DNA of 63,998 bases, filler included, from Asterionella formosa (Eukaryota): NCBI GenBank assembly GCA_002256025.1. It is 10 parts of 10 records of this genome, joined end to end, with 100 filler letters (N's around TTAATTAATTAA, not from the genome) between each part and the next. Parts side by side here need not be neighbours in the genome. Positions count along the whole stretch, not along the records: positions 25,910 to 32,278 come from NKIB01012725.1; positions 32,379 to 38,746 come from NKIB01012726.1; 8 more parts are not named here. One strand, 5' to 3'. Under the pieces are notes generated by a model. The model worked only from the letters and a program-made list of their open reading frames with translations, did not search any database and had not been told where the DNA came from. Each line of letters starts with the position of its first letter. Position 1 is the stretch's first letter. This document shows positions 25,910-38,846 of this stretch, piece by piece. The position numbers and the translations under genes were made by a program.

Positions 25910-27639
25910 TCAACTAGGCTTATTTACGTGATGGTCACTTCACGTAATATGCGGCTTAGATGAGATCAAGAGATTTCACAGGAATTAAAATAACAGGGCA
26001 TATATGATGCACTGCCTCTTGTGTATTTTTGATCATTTCCATATTCATATACAGGTGCATGGATGACTCCTCCCTATCATTAGATATGCAGCCATGTTGC
26101 GATAATTCTACAAGACCTATAGGATTAGTGGTAGTCTGGTGGTCATCATTTCCGCATTGTATATACCACCAGTAGGAGTCATGTATGCATGCATGCTGCG
26201 ATAATTCTTACAAGACATAAAAATTTGGTAGCTTGGGGGTAATCACTTCCGTAGTACTGTTTACAGGGGGTGGGTTGCATGCATGAGCAACTACTTTGGT
26301 ATAAAGTATGATCTTTAATCAATAAATTTTGATTCGTTTATCCTTTACCTTTGATCATAACATATTGATCATATGATGAACGGTGTCGTTGATGAGAAAA
26401 TGAAAGATACAAAATTTATTTTCAGGAATTAGGATCGATTGATCTTGAAAATGTGATCAAATGATCCTAAACACACGAGGATATTAAGTTTTCCGATGAA
26501 CTATTGTGGTACTCCCATGAGAGAAGTAATACCCAGCAAGTGTACAGTACTACCGGTAGGCCATATTAATTTTTTCGAATGTATATGCATGGTCAATATC
26601 TCTATATTCATAAATGTATGATTTCGACCATTTGAAAAATTGGTGATGACTCCCGTTTATTAAGGGGCTTAATTAAATCAGCCACTGACTTGTAGGTACA
26701 AGAATCGACACAAGACGAATTGAAAAATTCAACAGGTCGTGGAAAGCTATGAACTCATCATGCATTGTATATATTTGAATTATGTATAATCAAAGTTGAT
26801 GTTAGTATACACAGGATGTGCCATGTAATGACCGTGTTTAAAACTATGCAAATGTTCAACTATAAACTATATACATTGAAACTTACAAATCTTTATATAT
26901 ATGTATACATGGCTGAAACATTTGAAATCATGTTTTCATGTTCCTTGTCATGCATACACTTTGCTCCTGAAATGAAGGATCATCACACATGATGACGCGG
27001 AAAACGAAAGTGACAATACAACACAATGATACTTTTGGCTTAGAAGGAATGACTACGGAGAAGGGAAGAATTAATTGATGGCAAGTCAAGAGCAAATGCT
27101 TTTCATGTTTCTTGTCATGAATACAATTCCTGAAATGAAGGATCTCAAGCAACACATGATGCAAGAAATGAAGTGAAGATACAACATGATGATACACTGT
27201 GCGGCTAAGAAGGAGTTAATATGATGGAGAAGGGCGGAATCAACAAGCTGTGCAGGTTACCATGTCAAGAGCAAATGCCAGGATGATCAATTGTTGGGAT
27301 TTAAAATACGGAATCGTCCCCTTTCAGTGATTCAATAGCTCCTTTTGGATTTGTTGGCCAACCATCAATGTGGACAAAAGAAACCGGTAAGTGCTACCAT
27401 CTTTGGATCAATCCACAACTGTTAGAAAAACTGACACATGTGTGTTGCTTCTTTCAGGATAATGGTAGACAAACAGTATTTGTAAGTTACAAACAGCAGC
27501 GTTGGAGCCCATCTATTGATCGATACTTTCATGTTCAATCTTCAACTGACACATTATTTTACAGAAATATGCATCAGTTACTTCCTCAATTTGTGATAAG
27601 TGAAGATAGAAGCGAAATGCATGTTGTTGTGTAAGCAAA

Positions 27640-28010
27640 ACATGTGCCAATGGAAGTTCTCAACGAGAATATATTGAAAGAGAAGAGGGAGCTTGTCTTA
27701 CCACCATGACGGAATCAGTTATGACAAGCAACAGCAACAATTGATGCAAAACAAAGATGCGATGTCATGATGGCAGATATACCCAATGCATTCGTGCAAG
27801 TGGATATCGGCAAGAAAGAAAAAGGGAAACGAATCATCATGAAGATTCGAGGTTTACTTCTCAATATGTTGATAGAACTTAACCCCAAGACCTATGAAAA
27901 CTTTGTTGTTTATGAAGGAAACAGCAAGGCCCTATATGTCATGATGACCAAGGCACTGTATGTCATGTTACAGTCATCATTGTGGCATTACAACAAATCT
28001 CGGAAGGATA
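27640..28010 (+). mobile_element. Copia (CoDi-type) RT fragment
   Basis: TCANGSSQREY...ATIDAKQRCDVMMADIPNAFVQ...IIMKIRG...KALYVMLQSSLWHY. Confidence 0.85.
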
Positions 28011-28592
28011 TGAGCAAATTCTATTTGTAGGTAGCAGATTCTAGCTGTAGTAAGTTCTAAATGTAGAAAATAATTCCTATTTGTATTCCGAAAACGAGGA
28101 TGCTTTGCTCAACCGGTTCATCAGTTAGCAAGTCATGGTTGTATTCCGCAAATCTGAGTTGTATTCAGTGACATCATCTGTAAATTGTCACTGGTCAATA
28201 ATAGTAAAAGGTTTCCTAAATTACTTAAAGGAATATTTGAATCGAAAGCTGGGAGGCATGAAACAAATCATCAGGAGTGAGTTGAAACTGAAAAGGTGCA
28301 CATGAAACATCCGCTACCAGACCTTCCCAGTAAATACAGGAGGGTAAAAGTAAAAATAACATGTACTCCAATTCTAGTCGATGAATAACGTCGACATGGC
28401 CTTGTCTCCTCTTCGAAAAACTATTATTATGTAGGACTCCCTTCATTTCAATTCCAATCATCGAATGATAAGGAACAGAGTAATGTCATATTGCATTTTT
28501 TCATCCACTAAATGCGTAATACTGTGATAGCGTAAGCTTCTTTTATTAATAGTGATTATTGTGCAAACCATTGCTTCGTAGTACTGACTTCG

Positions 28593-31070
28593 CTACTCCA
28601 ACAACATGCTGACCTTCATAGTTGTAATGTTATCACCAAAATCACATAAATAGTCTTCAGCGTATATTCCTTGATGCAGGGGTTTGCAGTCTTTTCTCGG
28701 GTCCAAGGATGCCACGGCAGCCTTTATCTCGTCAGAAAAATCTCTTAATCTATCCATGACTAAATTATCCAAAAAACGTCGTGTGACCAACCCATACAAA
28801 TCAAAAAGAAACAAATAATTCGAAGCATCAGGCTGCATGTTGACTTGTGGATTGGTCGTATAATCCATGCAATTTCCGAGATCCTTATTGTAGAAATTCT
28901 CATCGGTATGTGGTAACCCAAATCCATGCCCCATTTCATGGCACATAGTGTACTGCCGCTGGGCTGCGTCTGCAGTTGCCAAGTAAAATTCATTCAGCTT
29001 TGCCACCGACGATGTGATGTACCCATTGGTCAACAACACTTGATTGATTCCTCGCCATGGCGTTTGCCCATAATCGCCATTGCAGACCTTTATCTTTCCT
29101 TGAACTGGTGTACAATCACGGTCCACGGCCACCTTTATAGACGATAAAGTTAAGGCATCCGGTGTTCCAGAGTCCCACTGACTGACGGCCAAGTCAAAGT
29201 TAGCATCCCACTGACTGTCCAAAGCATTCAAAATCTCTAATGTCAAGCCTTTACCCACATTGCTCCAGCGATTTGCATCACTTGGAGTGATACCTTTAAA
29301 AGGATCGCCATTTTCTTCGACTGGGTTTGATCCACCAGAGATTGTTGAACCTCCGCCGAATCCAGTAAAGGCAAACACCAAGCCCAGCACAGCTGCAACG
29401 ATAATCACGACAGGAACAGCGAAACTCATAAAACGACGACAAGTCCATTTTTGACGGTTGCCAGTTTCATCAGCCTCAACATGAAATACTGCAATTCTTC
29501 TGGGTCCCTCTTGTGCAAGTTTTCTGGCAAGAGCAGCATCATGGTCTTCTTGTTCTAGTTTGAGTGCGAGTTCCACATCAACATCGACATCAGACATATC
29601 ATCCTCAGATTCGACTGTAACGCCTTTGTGATAGGCGCCCGTTGCTTGTTCCGGGCGTTGGAGAGAATCCAAGCCCAATGCAGCAGTTGTAGTAGCACCA
29701 ACTCCAAAATAAGCAACCCCGGATTTGCGCAGGGTACTGTCAGGTTTGGGGGACCTAGATCTGCTCATGTCCTTACTCCGTCCCCTTGTACGAGGTCTTG
29801 ATCTTCCTCGCGATGTGGATCGTTTAACCTCAAAATTTTCTAAGGTGTAGGGACCAACGATGTCATGCTCCAAGACGATTTCTCCATCCAGAGAGTCCCC
29901 CGTATTCTTTTGAGTGATCGACTTGCGCGCAAGATAGGACGAACGTCTTCTCCTTCTGGTTTCCCCTTCAGACAGGCGTCTAGCTAGTTCTTCGTCCTTC
30001 ATTTCTTGTTCGAGCTTGCGTGCGAGAGATTCGTCACCTTCGGTACTGGCTCGAATTTCTGCTGCAGCAGGCGATGCGGGATTGACGGACGGATTAGATG
30101 TTGCAGCAGGTGGATCTAAGGGTCTAGATGCAATGTCGGTAGCCGCTGTCCCAACTGCAGTCCCTGTTATCACATATCGATGATGGGTGTTCTTTTCCTT
30201 GCCTGCCGCTCTTGTAGGACTATTGCTCCTCCCACGGAGTGCAGTACTTTTCAGTGTTCTAGCATGTGCACTCCTCTCGGCCCGCTTGTTCATTTCCTCT
30301 TGCAGTTTCCTGGCATAGGCTTCATCAGCAGCAGTCGTGTCTTCTGTGTCAAATTCATAACTTTCAGGTGCCGAGGGCACAACTACAGAAATGGCTGCGA
30401 CTGTTTTGCGAGTATGACGTGAGCGTTCTACCTGAGAATTAGCAGCAGGCCTTGTGTGTCGACTTGCGCCGTTTCTCTTCTCCGCCACTAGCTCCTCCTG
30501 AAGTATGCGAGCTAATGCTTCATCAGATGCAGTTGTATCATTTCCAGATGCACGAGGCTTGCTAGAGGCTCTAGCATGTCGACTGCGCTCCGGTAGTTCA
30601 TCAGATGCATTTCCAGATGCACGAGGCTTGCTGGAGGCTCTAGCATGTCGACTGCGCTCCGGAGACGCATCAGATGCATTTGCAGATGCACGAGGCTTGC
30701 TGGAGGCTCTAGCATATCGACTGTGCTCCGGTGACTCATCAGATGCATTTGCAGGTGTACGAGGCTTGCTGGAGGCTCTAGCATGTCGACTGCGCTCCGG
30801 AGACTCATCAGGTGCATTTGCAGGTGTGCGAGGCTTGCTGGAGGCTCTAGCATGTCGATTGCGCTCCGGTGTTGGTGATGCTGCTCGTCGATGAGTGCTT
30901 CGCTCTCGCGCATGACTAGAAGGTTCAGCCATTGTCGTTTTAGCAATGAAAGGTGTAGAAGCTGCGCTTTTCCTTTGCCGTTCAGCTCGTCTCTGTCGTC
31001 GCTCAAGTTCGTATTTCTCTTGAAGCTTCCGAGCTAGCGCTTCATCGTCGTCTATATTATGTGATGACAT
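28593..31070 (-). CDS. Type II membrane metzincin metalloprotease (matrixin-like) with N-terminal MIU-like motifs and 23-aa repeats (825 aa)
   Basis: HEMGHGFGLPH zinc motif plus Met-turn (NCMDY). Single TM helix FAVPVVIIVAAVLGLVFAF, no signal peptide. Repeated D-E-x-L/Y-A-R-x-L-Q/E motifs. Confidence 0.88.
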   Translation of the reverse strand: MSSHNIDDDEALARKLQEKYELERRQRRAERQRKSAASTPFIAKTTMAEPSSHARERSTHRRAASPTPERNRHARASSKPRTPANAPDESPERSRHARASSKPRTPANASDESPEHSRYARASSKPRASANASDASPERSRHARASSKPRASGNASDELPERSRHARASSKPRASGNDTTASDEALARILQEELVAEKRNGASRHTRPAANSQVERSRHTRKTVAAISVVVPSAPESYEFDTEDTTAADEAYARKLQEEMNKRAERSAHARTLKSTALRGRSNSPTRAAGKEKNTHHRYVITGTAVGTAATDIASRPLDPPAATSNPSVNPASPAAAEIRASTEGDESLARKLEQEMKDEELARRLSEGETRRRRRSSYLARKSITQKNTGDSLDGEIVLEHDIVGPYTLENFEVKRSTSRGRSRPRTRGRSKDMSRSRSPKPDSTLRKSGVAYFGVGATTTAALGLDSLQRPEQATGAYHKGVTVESEDDMSDVDVDVELALKLEQEDHDAALARKLAQEGPRRIAVFHVEADETGNRQKWTCRRFMSFAVPVVIIVAAVLGLVFAFTGFGGGSTISGGSNPVEENGDPFKGITPSDANRWSNVGKGLTLEILNALDSQWDANFDLAVSQWDSGTPDALTLSSIKVAVDRDCTPVQGKIKVCNGDYGQTPWRGINQVLLTNGYITSSVAKLNEFYLATADAAQRQYTMCHEMGHGFGLPHTDENFYNKDLGNCMDYTTNPQVNMQPDASNYLFLFDLYGLVTRRFLDNLVMDRLRDFSDEIKAAVASLDPRKDCKPLHQGIYAEDYLCDFGDNITTMKVSMLLE
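30520..30870. repeat. Coding 69-bp tandem repeat, five copies
   Basis: Period 69 nt, encoding ESPERSRHARASSKPRTPANASD variants. Confidence 0.92.
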
Positions 31071-32139
31071 ATCCCTTCCTTGTTCTCTTGAAGATTAAGT
31101 AAAGGTTGCGGCTGTAGAGTATGGACACCGGCGGAGTATAGTTTACCGATTCAGTTGACGTTGTGTATAGGTTTTTGCAGTTGTGAGGGATAGCTAGATT
31201 GTGTAGTGGGTACAGAAATACATACACAGTTAGTAATGTTAGCAATCTTACACATTCTTTGCTTGTGTGCAAGCAACGATGTCGTTTTACGACAGACAGT
31301 AAGCAAAGAACAGGGTTCATGGGTCTTTCTTGCTGTACGACAAAGAGAATACCTGTCTGTACTATGTACCAGTACTACCGGCATCATTTCGCCGTTGGGC
31401 TCGTCGTTGAACACACCAGTTTAGCTCTACCGGTAACATGCATGTATGGGAAGTAACTGTTCTAGTCGTGGCTGACGAGCTGGCTAGGAAACTGCCTTGT
31501 GTCTTGCTACATACATATGTATGGTGTGGATTCAAAATTCTTTTATGTGTCTCATGTGCCATCGCGAAGGAAGTTGCTGCATTGGCTGGGACTACTTTTA
31601 CTAAGAGCATTTCCACCACATCGACCAAATGGTCATACCTATACATAAAAATACAACACAGAAGACATATATCAGGTCATGAAATACCGGGTATATTCGT
31701 ACAATCAGACAGACACGACAGCTAGCCGAACGCATCGGACAAGTTAACTTTATCATTTTTGCATGACGCATAAGGGGTGTACTTGGCATATTGTAATTTA
31801 TTTTACGAAGTCTCATTGTATGATACAATTACCCGATTGGTAATTTGCACCTATACATAGACAAAAACTCTTCGTGAATAAAATACCGGAATTCCAATCA
31901 GCTAGTCCTATCGTATTCATATGATACACCATCAGGAAAGAAGGTCCCATGCCTAGCGGACGAGATAGGCTGGCTTTCCATTCTAAACTCTTATAAATAA
32001 CTTTCTATGATGTTAAATGATCAGTCATTAATTCCTAGTCGTGCTCTGATCGTCGAAATCGTATTCACCAACTATAACTACTGCTTGTATTAGTTTTCAG
32101 CAACTGGAAGACGGTTAACTAGTGGAATTCACCAATCAG

Positions 32140-32275
32140 TAACTTCTAGTCGTAGTCAGCAATTTCTAGTTGTTGTCTTAACAACTTCCAATCGTTGTCA
32201 GCAGATTTCTAGTCGTCACCAACTGGATCATTAATCACAAAAAAAGAGTCATTTTGAAAATGTCAATGGATATTG
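32140..32275 (-). repeat. Dispersed repeat with 21-bp tandem units
   Basis: Inverted copy of 25660-25809. Confidence 0.7.
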
Positions 32276-32278
32276 TAA

Positions 32279-32378
32279 NNNNNNNNNNNNNNNNNNNNNN
32301 NNNNNNNNNNNNNNNNNNNNNNTTAATTAATTAANNNNNNNNNNNNNNNNNNNNNNNNNNNNNNNNNNNNNNNNNNNN
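32279..32378. other. Artificial contig spacer
   Basis: N44-TTAATTAATTAA-N44. Confidence 0.98.
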
Positions 32379-32547
32379 GATCACATCCGTTTGCTTCGTG
32401 GTCAAAACTTGTACTTCCGCAACAGTCACAGACCATCTTTGAGCACATCGAATTGTCGGTGCTTCCAGTTGAATCAGCGCGTAAGGTTCGACTCTTTGTT
32501 GTCTCATCCACCGCCTTGGCTTGGTTGTTGTCGCGCTTGATTGGCAT
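32379..32547 (-). CDS. Possible 5' end of a gene truncated by contig end
   Basis: ATG-initiated, CpG-retaining frame MPIKRDNNQAK... running into the spacer. No recognisable domain. Confidence 0.35.
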
Positions 32548-33374
32548 CGTCTCTTCCTTTACTCAAAAAAAGGTTTTCAAAGTCAAAGCAGTGTCACGAT
32601 GATTTGTGATCATGTGTCAACAATAAGTGCTTCTACATAACATATCTTTACACAGAGGTACATTTATTTGGAGTGCAGTAGTACAAGCAAAAATTGAAAG
32701 AACAATTGATGCTGTCATACACCGGTGTCTATCTTACCTGGTAACTATACCAGTTCTACAAAGGTCTACTGTAGAACTACATAGTTCAACATCCTAAGTA
32801 CACATGCATACCTGAGGATATTCTGACACCAATTCCTGGTAGTAATATGACACATCACCTTCGTATGTGTTGTCAGGTTGAGGAAAAAAACCGGAATACC
32901 GGTATACCAATAAAAGTAATGGATATAGTACCATTTTTGAATGAATACACCGGTACCGGTTGGTAAAAAATACTACTGGTATTCTCGTGTTGGAATAGTC
33001 TAGTAAGTACAAAAACAGAGCTGCAAGGAATCCACTGATAGTCCTTCGGGTATTCTTCGGGAAACACACAGTCATCACCATTGCGAAAACGCAAGCGCTC
33101 ATAGCGGTTTATGAAGATACAGGCAAACCGCCAACATCATCATCATCGCTTATTAGCGGAGCATAGAATGTAAAAAGATGCGATCTAATCACTGGCAAAA
33201 TATTGAAAATACAAGCACTAGTCACGATGTTGAACTACAATCATGATGATCTGTGGATCATGGCGCTAGCGCCAAAATGAGAGAAATGTTCATTGCAGCC
33301 AGCAAGAAATTACATCGAAATTAAAGAAAAGAAATCACGAACTAATGGTGAAAGCCGAGCAATGACAACAGCAA

Positions 33375-33770
33375 AAAATCAAGGGCTACTGGCAAAAGCC
33401 AAGGAATGACAAAATGGAGGACAACTGGTGCAGCTGAATGATGATATGAGAGACAGTCAAGGACTACTGACAAATCAAGGACTACCCGAGAAAGCCAAAT
33501 GACATGAGACAAATCAAGGACTACCAGAGAAAGCCAAGCAAAAGACATGAGAGACAAATCAAGCAAGGACTACTCCCGGCCAAATCCATGTAATGAAATG
33601 AGAGACAATTCAAGGACTAGTGGCAAAATCCCAACACTGGTATTAGCGAAAAATCAAAAACTACTGGCAAAAGCCAAATGAAATGAGTGAAAAATCAAGA
33701 CCAAGCTATTACCAGCAAAAGCAAAGCAGTGAAATAATAGAACAATCAAGGACTACTGGCAAATGCCACA
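33375..33770. repeat. Degenerate ~40-bp tandem repeat
   Basis: Recurrent aatcaaggactactggcaaaagccaa...atgagagac. Confidence 0.7.
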
Positions 33771-36700
33771 CAATGGCATCAGAAACAAATCAGAATTCAA
33801 GGATTCATGAGAAACAAACCAATCCAGAAAGCTTGACCAGGCATAGTGAGACCAAAACGAAAATCTTCCACCCAATAAGCACTCACCATCCCATTCTCCG
33901 AATCACATTAGAAGTGTGGTCATAGAGAATTGAACCAGGAACAAAGCTACCACAATTGTTTTTACCAATACTTCCCACTCGACAAGTGACTTCCACCCAA
34001 AACTTTCCACCGCCCAACCTTATATGGGCCATGGAGCGCAATAAATGCAAATCTAGGAATAGACTAGTAAGAATCTGCTATAAAAATGATTAAAATATGA
34101 AAGTAGGTAAATGTGGAGACATATTTGGTCAAATCACTAATGATTTTGATTCTAATTATAGTAATTGGGATAAATGGTTGATGAGGCAATATTGCAACCA
34201 TTTTTCTTCCCAACAGAATAGTACATTGATTGCTTCTAATATATTCACAGCTACTCTGAGTCATCATCCAAAGAAGATTGCTCTCAGTCCAACTGCCACT
34301 TACATCATGATATTTCACCCATGATTTGCATATTCGGATATCTCAGTCTCTGCCATGACCTTTCTAGAGAGTTTATACTTAGTCCTTCTTGACCCCAAAA
34401 TGTACACTCTGGCCATGACTCAATTTTGCATATTTTTACTAACTTTTAGGGACCAAAGTGGTGTTAAATCTTTCTAATTCTAGCCTTGTTAATATATTTC
34501 AGTCCTATAGGAAGTCCAGGCCATTGGATTTTAGCAATGCTGCATTTTTTCACATGACACGTGTTGGTAGAAGAAGGTCCTCACAGAGGAAAAGCACATT
34601 TTACAATTGGACCATACAACAATGGAAGTAAAATTATTTCGCTCAATTTTCAGAGAGCTGGGTGACATCACAATTGCAAATGGATGATATGATCTATTCA
34701 GCCAAGAAAGGATTGTATCAAACTTCCATGGAAAGATCTTGAGTTGCTCATACTTGGTGGTGTGTTGTATTCACTAGAGAAGCAACTGGTGCTAGTTCTT
34801 TATATGTTTTCCTTCAAGCAAACATCTCCAAAGAGATGTACCGGAAAGTTTCCTTCTCTGGACTATGGAACAGTTTGCAGAAACGAAAGACGAGCACATA
34901 TACATATTGAGACGAGAAGAGGAGTAGGATGAACAGCTCCAATGAATTAATGATTACACTTCACTTGGGCTTCCAGGGTGTATAGGCTCAGTTAATAATG
35001 TCCCCACTGGGTGGAATAGATGTCCATCCCAACAAAAGAACTTATACAAAGGTTCCAGGGGTATCCATCAGTTGTTTTCGAGGTGGTTTCAGATCAAAGA
35101 AGAAATATTTTGTCTAACCAGCTTGCTATTCCATTCCGGGCAGACAAGAGTGGTATGTGCTCTCTGAGGGTTCATCAATTACATATACAGGTATTGCTAT
35201 TCTGTATGTGATGGAGGATACCTGCAATGGCCAGCATCGTCGATTTGTCCAATAAAGTGTGGTGAAAATGAAAATGGAAAAGAAAGTACATGAGGAAGAA
35301 TGGTATTGAATGAACTTCCAGCATATTGAAAGTTTGCTGACTAATCCTAGAACAATCTGTCTCAACATGAGCACATCAAAACTTTGTTCACAACATGCTG
35401 TACTAGTGTGCTTCACAATATTATATTAGACAGTGATGGATACCTTGACTGTGAAGCTTCTGACGCACAACATGTGGCAGTTACATTGCAAAGTGACTGC
35501 ATGGAATTGCATGTTGTTTCTAATCCGCACAGCAATTTAAATGAAAGAACTGCTGGTATACAAAGGCAGTGGTGTAATCTACTTAATTACTTGTACATCA
35601 TTATGTCGACTTCCATAAAAGTTAATATATAACAAGATAGCTTAATATTGATTCAATTTAGTACTACTATATAGTGAACTATATTCATGGTATTTTTGTT
35701 GCCTAATGTTTTCCTGCAAATCTGAGCCGTTGTGGAAAAAGCAAGTATCACAACAACATAAGGGTTCTGGAGATGTCAAATGTCATCATAGCAAATGGAA
35801 CAGACAGCTTACTGCAATCAATGTAGGTTTGTTCACTGTTGATGACTTGGCAGTCAATGCAAATCCTACCAAGAAGTCCTGCCTTGAAAGTCATGTTGCT
35901 CATCATAACGAAAAAACAGGGATTTTGGTGTTGTATTTGTTAAAGTGAGGAAAATAGCCACAGTAGTAGGAGAAGGCTTATTTCCCAAAGCACGTGTAAC
36001 AATGATGAAATTTTTGTCAGCCTTAACACTTGCACTCTCAACATCATAGCGTTATTGGAAAGGTAATTTATAAAAACAACAATTCAATACAACTGCATGA
36101 TATATGTCATCAGGCACTATTTATTTGAACCTCTCATTAAGATCAAGATGAGAAACAATCTCATCAAATTGACCCATTCAAGTTTGGTGTGCTGCCTGGA
36201 AATTAAGCATTGATATGATACCCATCATGGTAGGTTTTTTCTGGGAGATGAGTTGTCATTATCATCATGGTGCTTTCGTGAATGCTTTGTCCGTTCTTTG
36301 CTGCTTCTTCCATGCTCCTTTTGCCTCTTCTCTTCTTTATATGCCAGCTGCATCGCTCATCGACTAATATGGTCAACATCACTGTTGTTGACATCTGGTA
36401 TTGTATTCCCATTGAATAGAAGGACTTGGAACATCGACAAAACAAAGTGGACTGGTTGATTGACCAGGTCAATCTGCTCTATAAATCATGATTTGACAGG
36501 TTTAAATCTTCTTCTGGAAACTTTGCTTGTAAATGCTGCACAGGACCCAATATACCATTCAAACCTTGTCCACTACTAGAAGCAAGGCCGAAGTTTGTGC
36601 AAATCTTGGGTGATGTTTATACTGGAAATCATAGTGCTGTATGGACAAATAAAACCGGTATGAATTGTTTCCATTCAAAATATGCACATGGGATGATGAG

Positions 36701-37696
36701 TGCGATTATTGGATTTGATTTCAATTTGTTTTAATTGAAATGATTGTTTCTTGGTGGCAACGCTTGTTCCTAATCTCTTGCCACTTTCTCTGACAAGGTA
36801 TCGCCTGTCATGCTCAATGTTTCCCTGGAACCCATGTACATAGCAATTTCAATTTACAGTTGCTATCACACATATCATTCTCTAGTAGACTAGGTTGTCT
36901 TCTTTCAGAATGCGAAAATACTGATCAGCCATGGTATTTTGGTGATATATCTTCTTTTCCTCCCTACATGTGAACCTGTGTTGAATTTTGCACCCAGGAT
37001 CAAATATAATGGCGATCTGCACACGATGGATCATCTGAACTTGAATGGAACCACAAATCCAGCATCTAAGTTGGTCACAAAAGGAATGCTCCTTGTCAGT
37101 TGTGTACTCAGTTGGTCCTTGAGCTGCCATACTAGCTAGGAACGAGGCCAATAATTTCAACAAGAGCAATAACAGGAGCAGCAATGATGATGATGAAAAT
37201 GTTGAATGTCAATGATTTCCATTATGGTATCAATGAATGTCAGAATATACATATAATGTTACAAGTCTAAATGGGTGACATAAAATCATAACTGTATGTT
37301 CTACCTTCTTTGAACTGATTACTATAGCTAATCCCCTTTCTATCGTCTACAATGTTCGTACTTGGTTCGAATTTTATAAAATTCAAGAAACTCCGATAAT
37401 TTTAGTCGGAAGATGGGGTTATAAATTGTTGGCTCTCAGTTTTTAGGTGGTTGTTTAAATCGGAGTATTACATTCGAGCAACAGGAGCTGTATAATATCC
37501 ATGTGACATCAACGAGGATATGTGTTGAACTCTAAATACTATAATTATAATCAACGACGTAGCGAACACGAATGCCTCTGAACACGGAATGACGCACGGT
37601 CATAGCATCTTTTTTTGTGCATCGTTCCATCCTTCGCGATTTTTATCATCGGTGCCACTGAAATCGATCTTGATGGTTCACATTGACAGAAACCAT

Positions 37697-37704
37697 TATA
37701 AAAA
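37697..37704 (+). promoter_or_regulatory. Putative TATA box of the HMG-box gene
   Basis: TATAAAAA about 90 nt upstream of the putative 5'-UTR intron donor. Confidence 0.35.
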
Positions 37705-37791
37705 GCACAATACCAAAATTAATTGACTTTCTTGTTTGTTGTTCTTGATATTTTGTCATCCTTCCCCGACCCCACAAACAGAAAGCTCAAG

Positions 37792-37976
37792 GTACGCGCA
37801 ACGATCGCTTCGATGTGCCTCCCAACAGTGTTGAGTGCCATGGGGGTCGATCAGTAGAGCAGAGCCTTGGGACGCTTTTGGTTTCGTGTTCAGTGAATTT
37901 AGCGCCGAGCAGGAACTTCCAATTGAATCAAGATGAAATGTACATTGTTACTAACACCTTCGCACAACTTTTCAAG
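37792..37976 (+). other. Putative 5'-UTR intron
   Basis: AAG|GTACGC donor, perfect TACTAAC branch point at 37949-37955, pyrimidine tract, then AG immediately before ATGATG. Confidence 0.55.
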
Positions 37977-38746
37977 ATGATGGGCAGTTTATCGTTGATG
38001 CTAGACGAAGCAAGTCTCAATGCTGACTATGACTTTGACATGGATCCTATTCCTGTGGAAAGCACCGAGTTGTTGGAATACACAACTCTGTCTTTCAATG
38101 AAAACAAGCCAAAGATGACATGGTTGTGCGATCCTTCTCATATGATGGCGGCGCATCTACTTGATATTCAATGTCTCGTGCCTGTCCCGACTGAACGCCG
38201 GTGGTGTAGTATTGACCAGCATTCAGAACCAAATCATGCACAGAGAAATAACAGATCCTTGGAAAAGCCCAAGAAGCCTCTGTCTGCTTATAATCTCTTC
38301 TTTCAGCATGAACGGGAGAAGATCATCACAAGCAGCCCTCTCATGACTTTCGAGGAGAGCATGCAACGGATCCATCATAGCAACACGAGGCCGATCAAGA
38401 GAAAGCATCGAAAATCTCATGGAAAGATTAGCTTCGGTCTGCTAGCACGAACTATTGCGGATAAGTGGAAGAGTCTGGATGCTGCAGGCAAGGTGACTTT
38501 TTTGGAAGCGTCAGAAGACCTGAAGGCTAGCTACAATTTTGCATTGGAGGAGTGGACAAGGAACGAAGAGAGAAAGGCTACACATCATGTCAATGAAGCT
38601 CGCCGTGAACTCGCCCGATTTGAACAAGATGTATTTGCCCCAAAACCGCTGAGGACGATGATGGAGGATGACATTGCCAAAATACCAACAATGGAACGGC
38701 AAACCTCGGCTAATTTCTTGAATAACGTTGCAGCTCACGATTCGCC
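37977..38746 (+). CDS. HMG-box transcription factor (diatom type), 3'-truncated
   Basis: KPKKPLSAYNLFFQHEREKI...KRKHRKSHGKISFGLLARTIADKWKSLD...Y...LEEW. Confidence 0.9.
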
Positions 38747-38846
38747 NNNNNNNNNNNNNNNNNNNNNNNNNNNNNNNNNNNNNNNNNNNNTTAATTAATT
38801 AANNNNNNNNNNNNNNNNNNNNNNNNNNNNNNNNNNNNNNNNNNNN
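38747..38846. other. Artificial contig spacer
   Basis: N44-TTAATTAATTAA-N44. Confidence 0.98.

Noticed and set aside
26930..27290. Degenerate ~165-bp direct duplication
   Set aside because: A local duplication in decayed repeat DNA with no further structure.
33950..37200. CpG-poor region with many short ORFs
   Set aside because: Probably old TE debris, but no motif I can assign with confidence.
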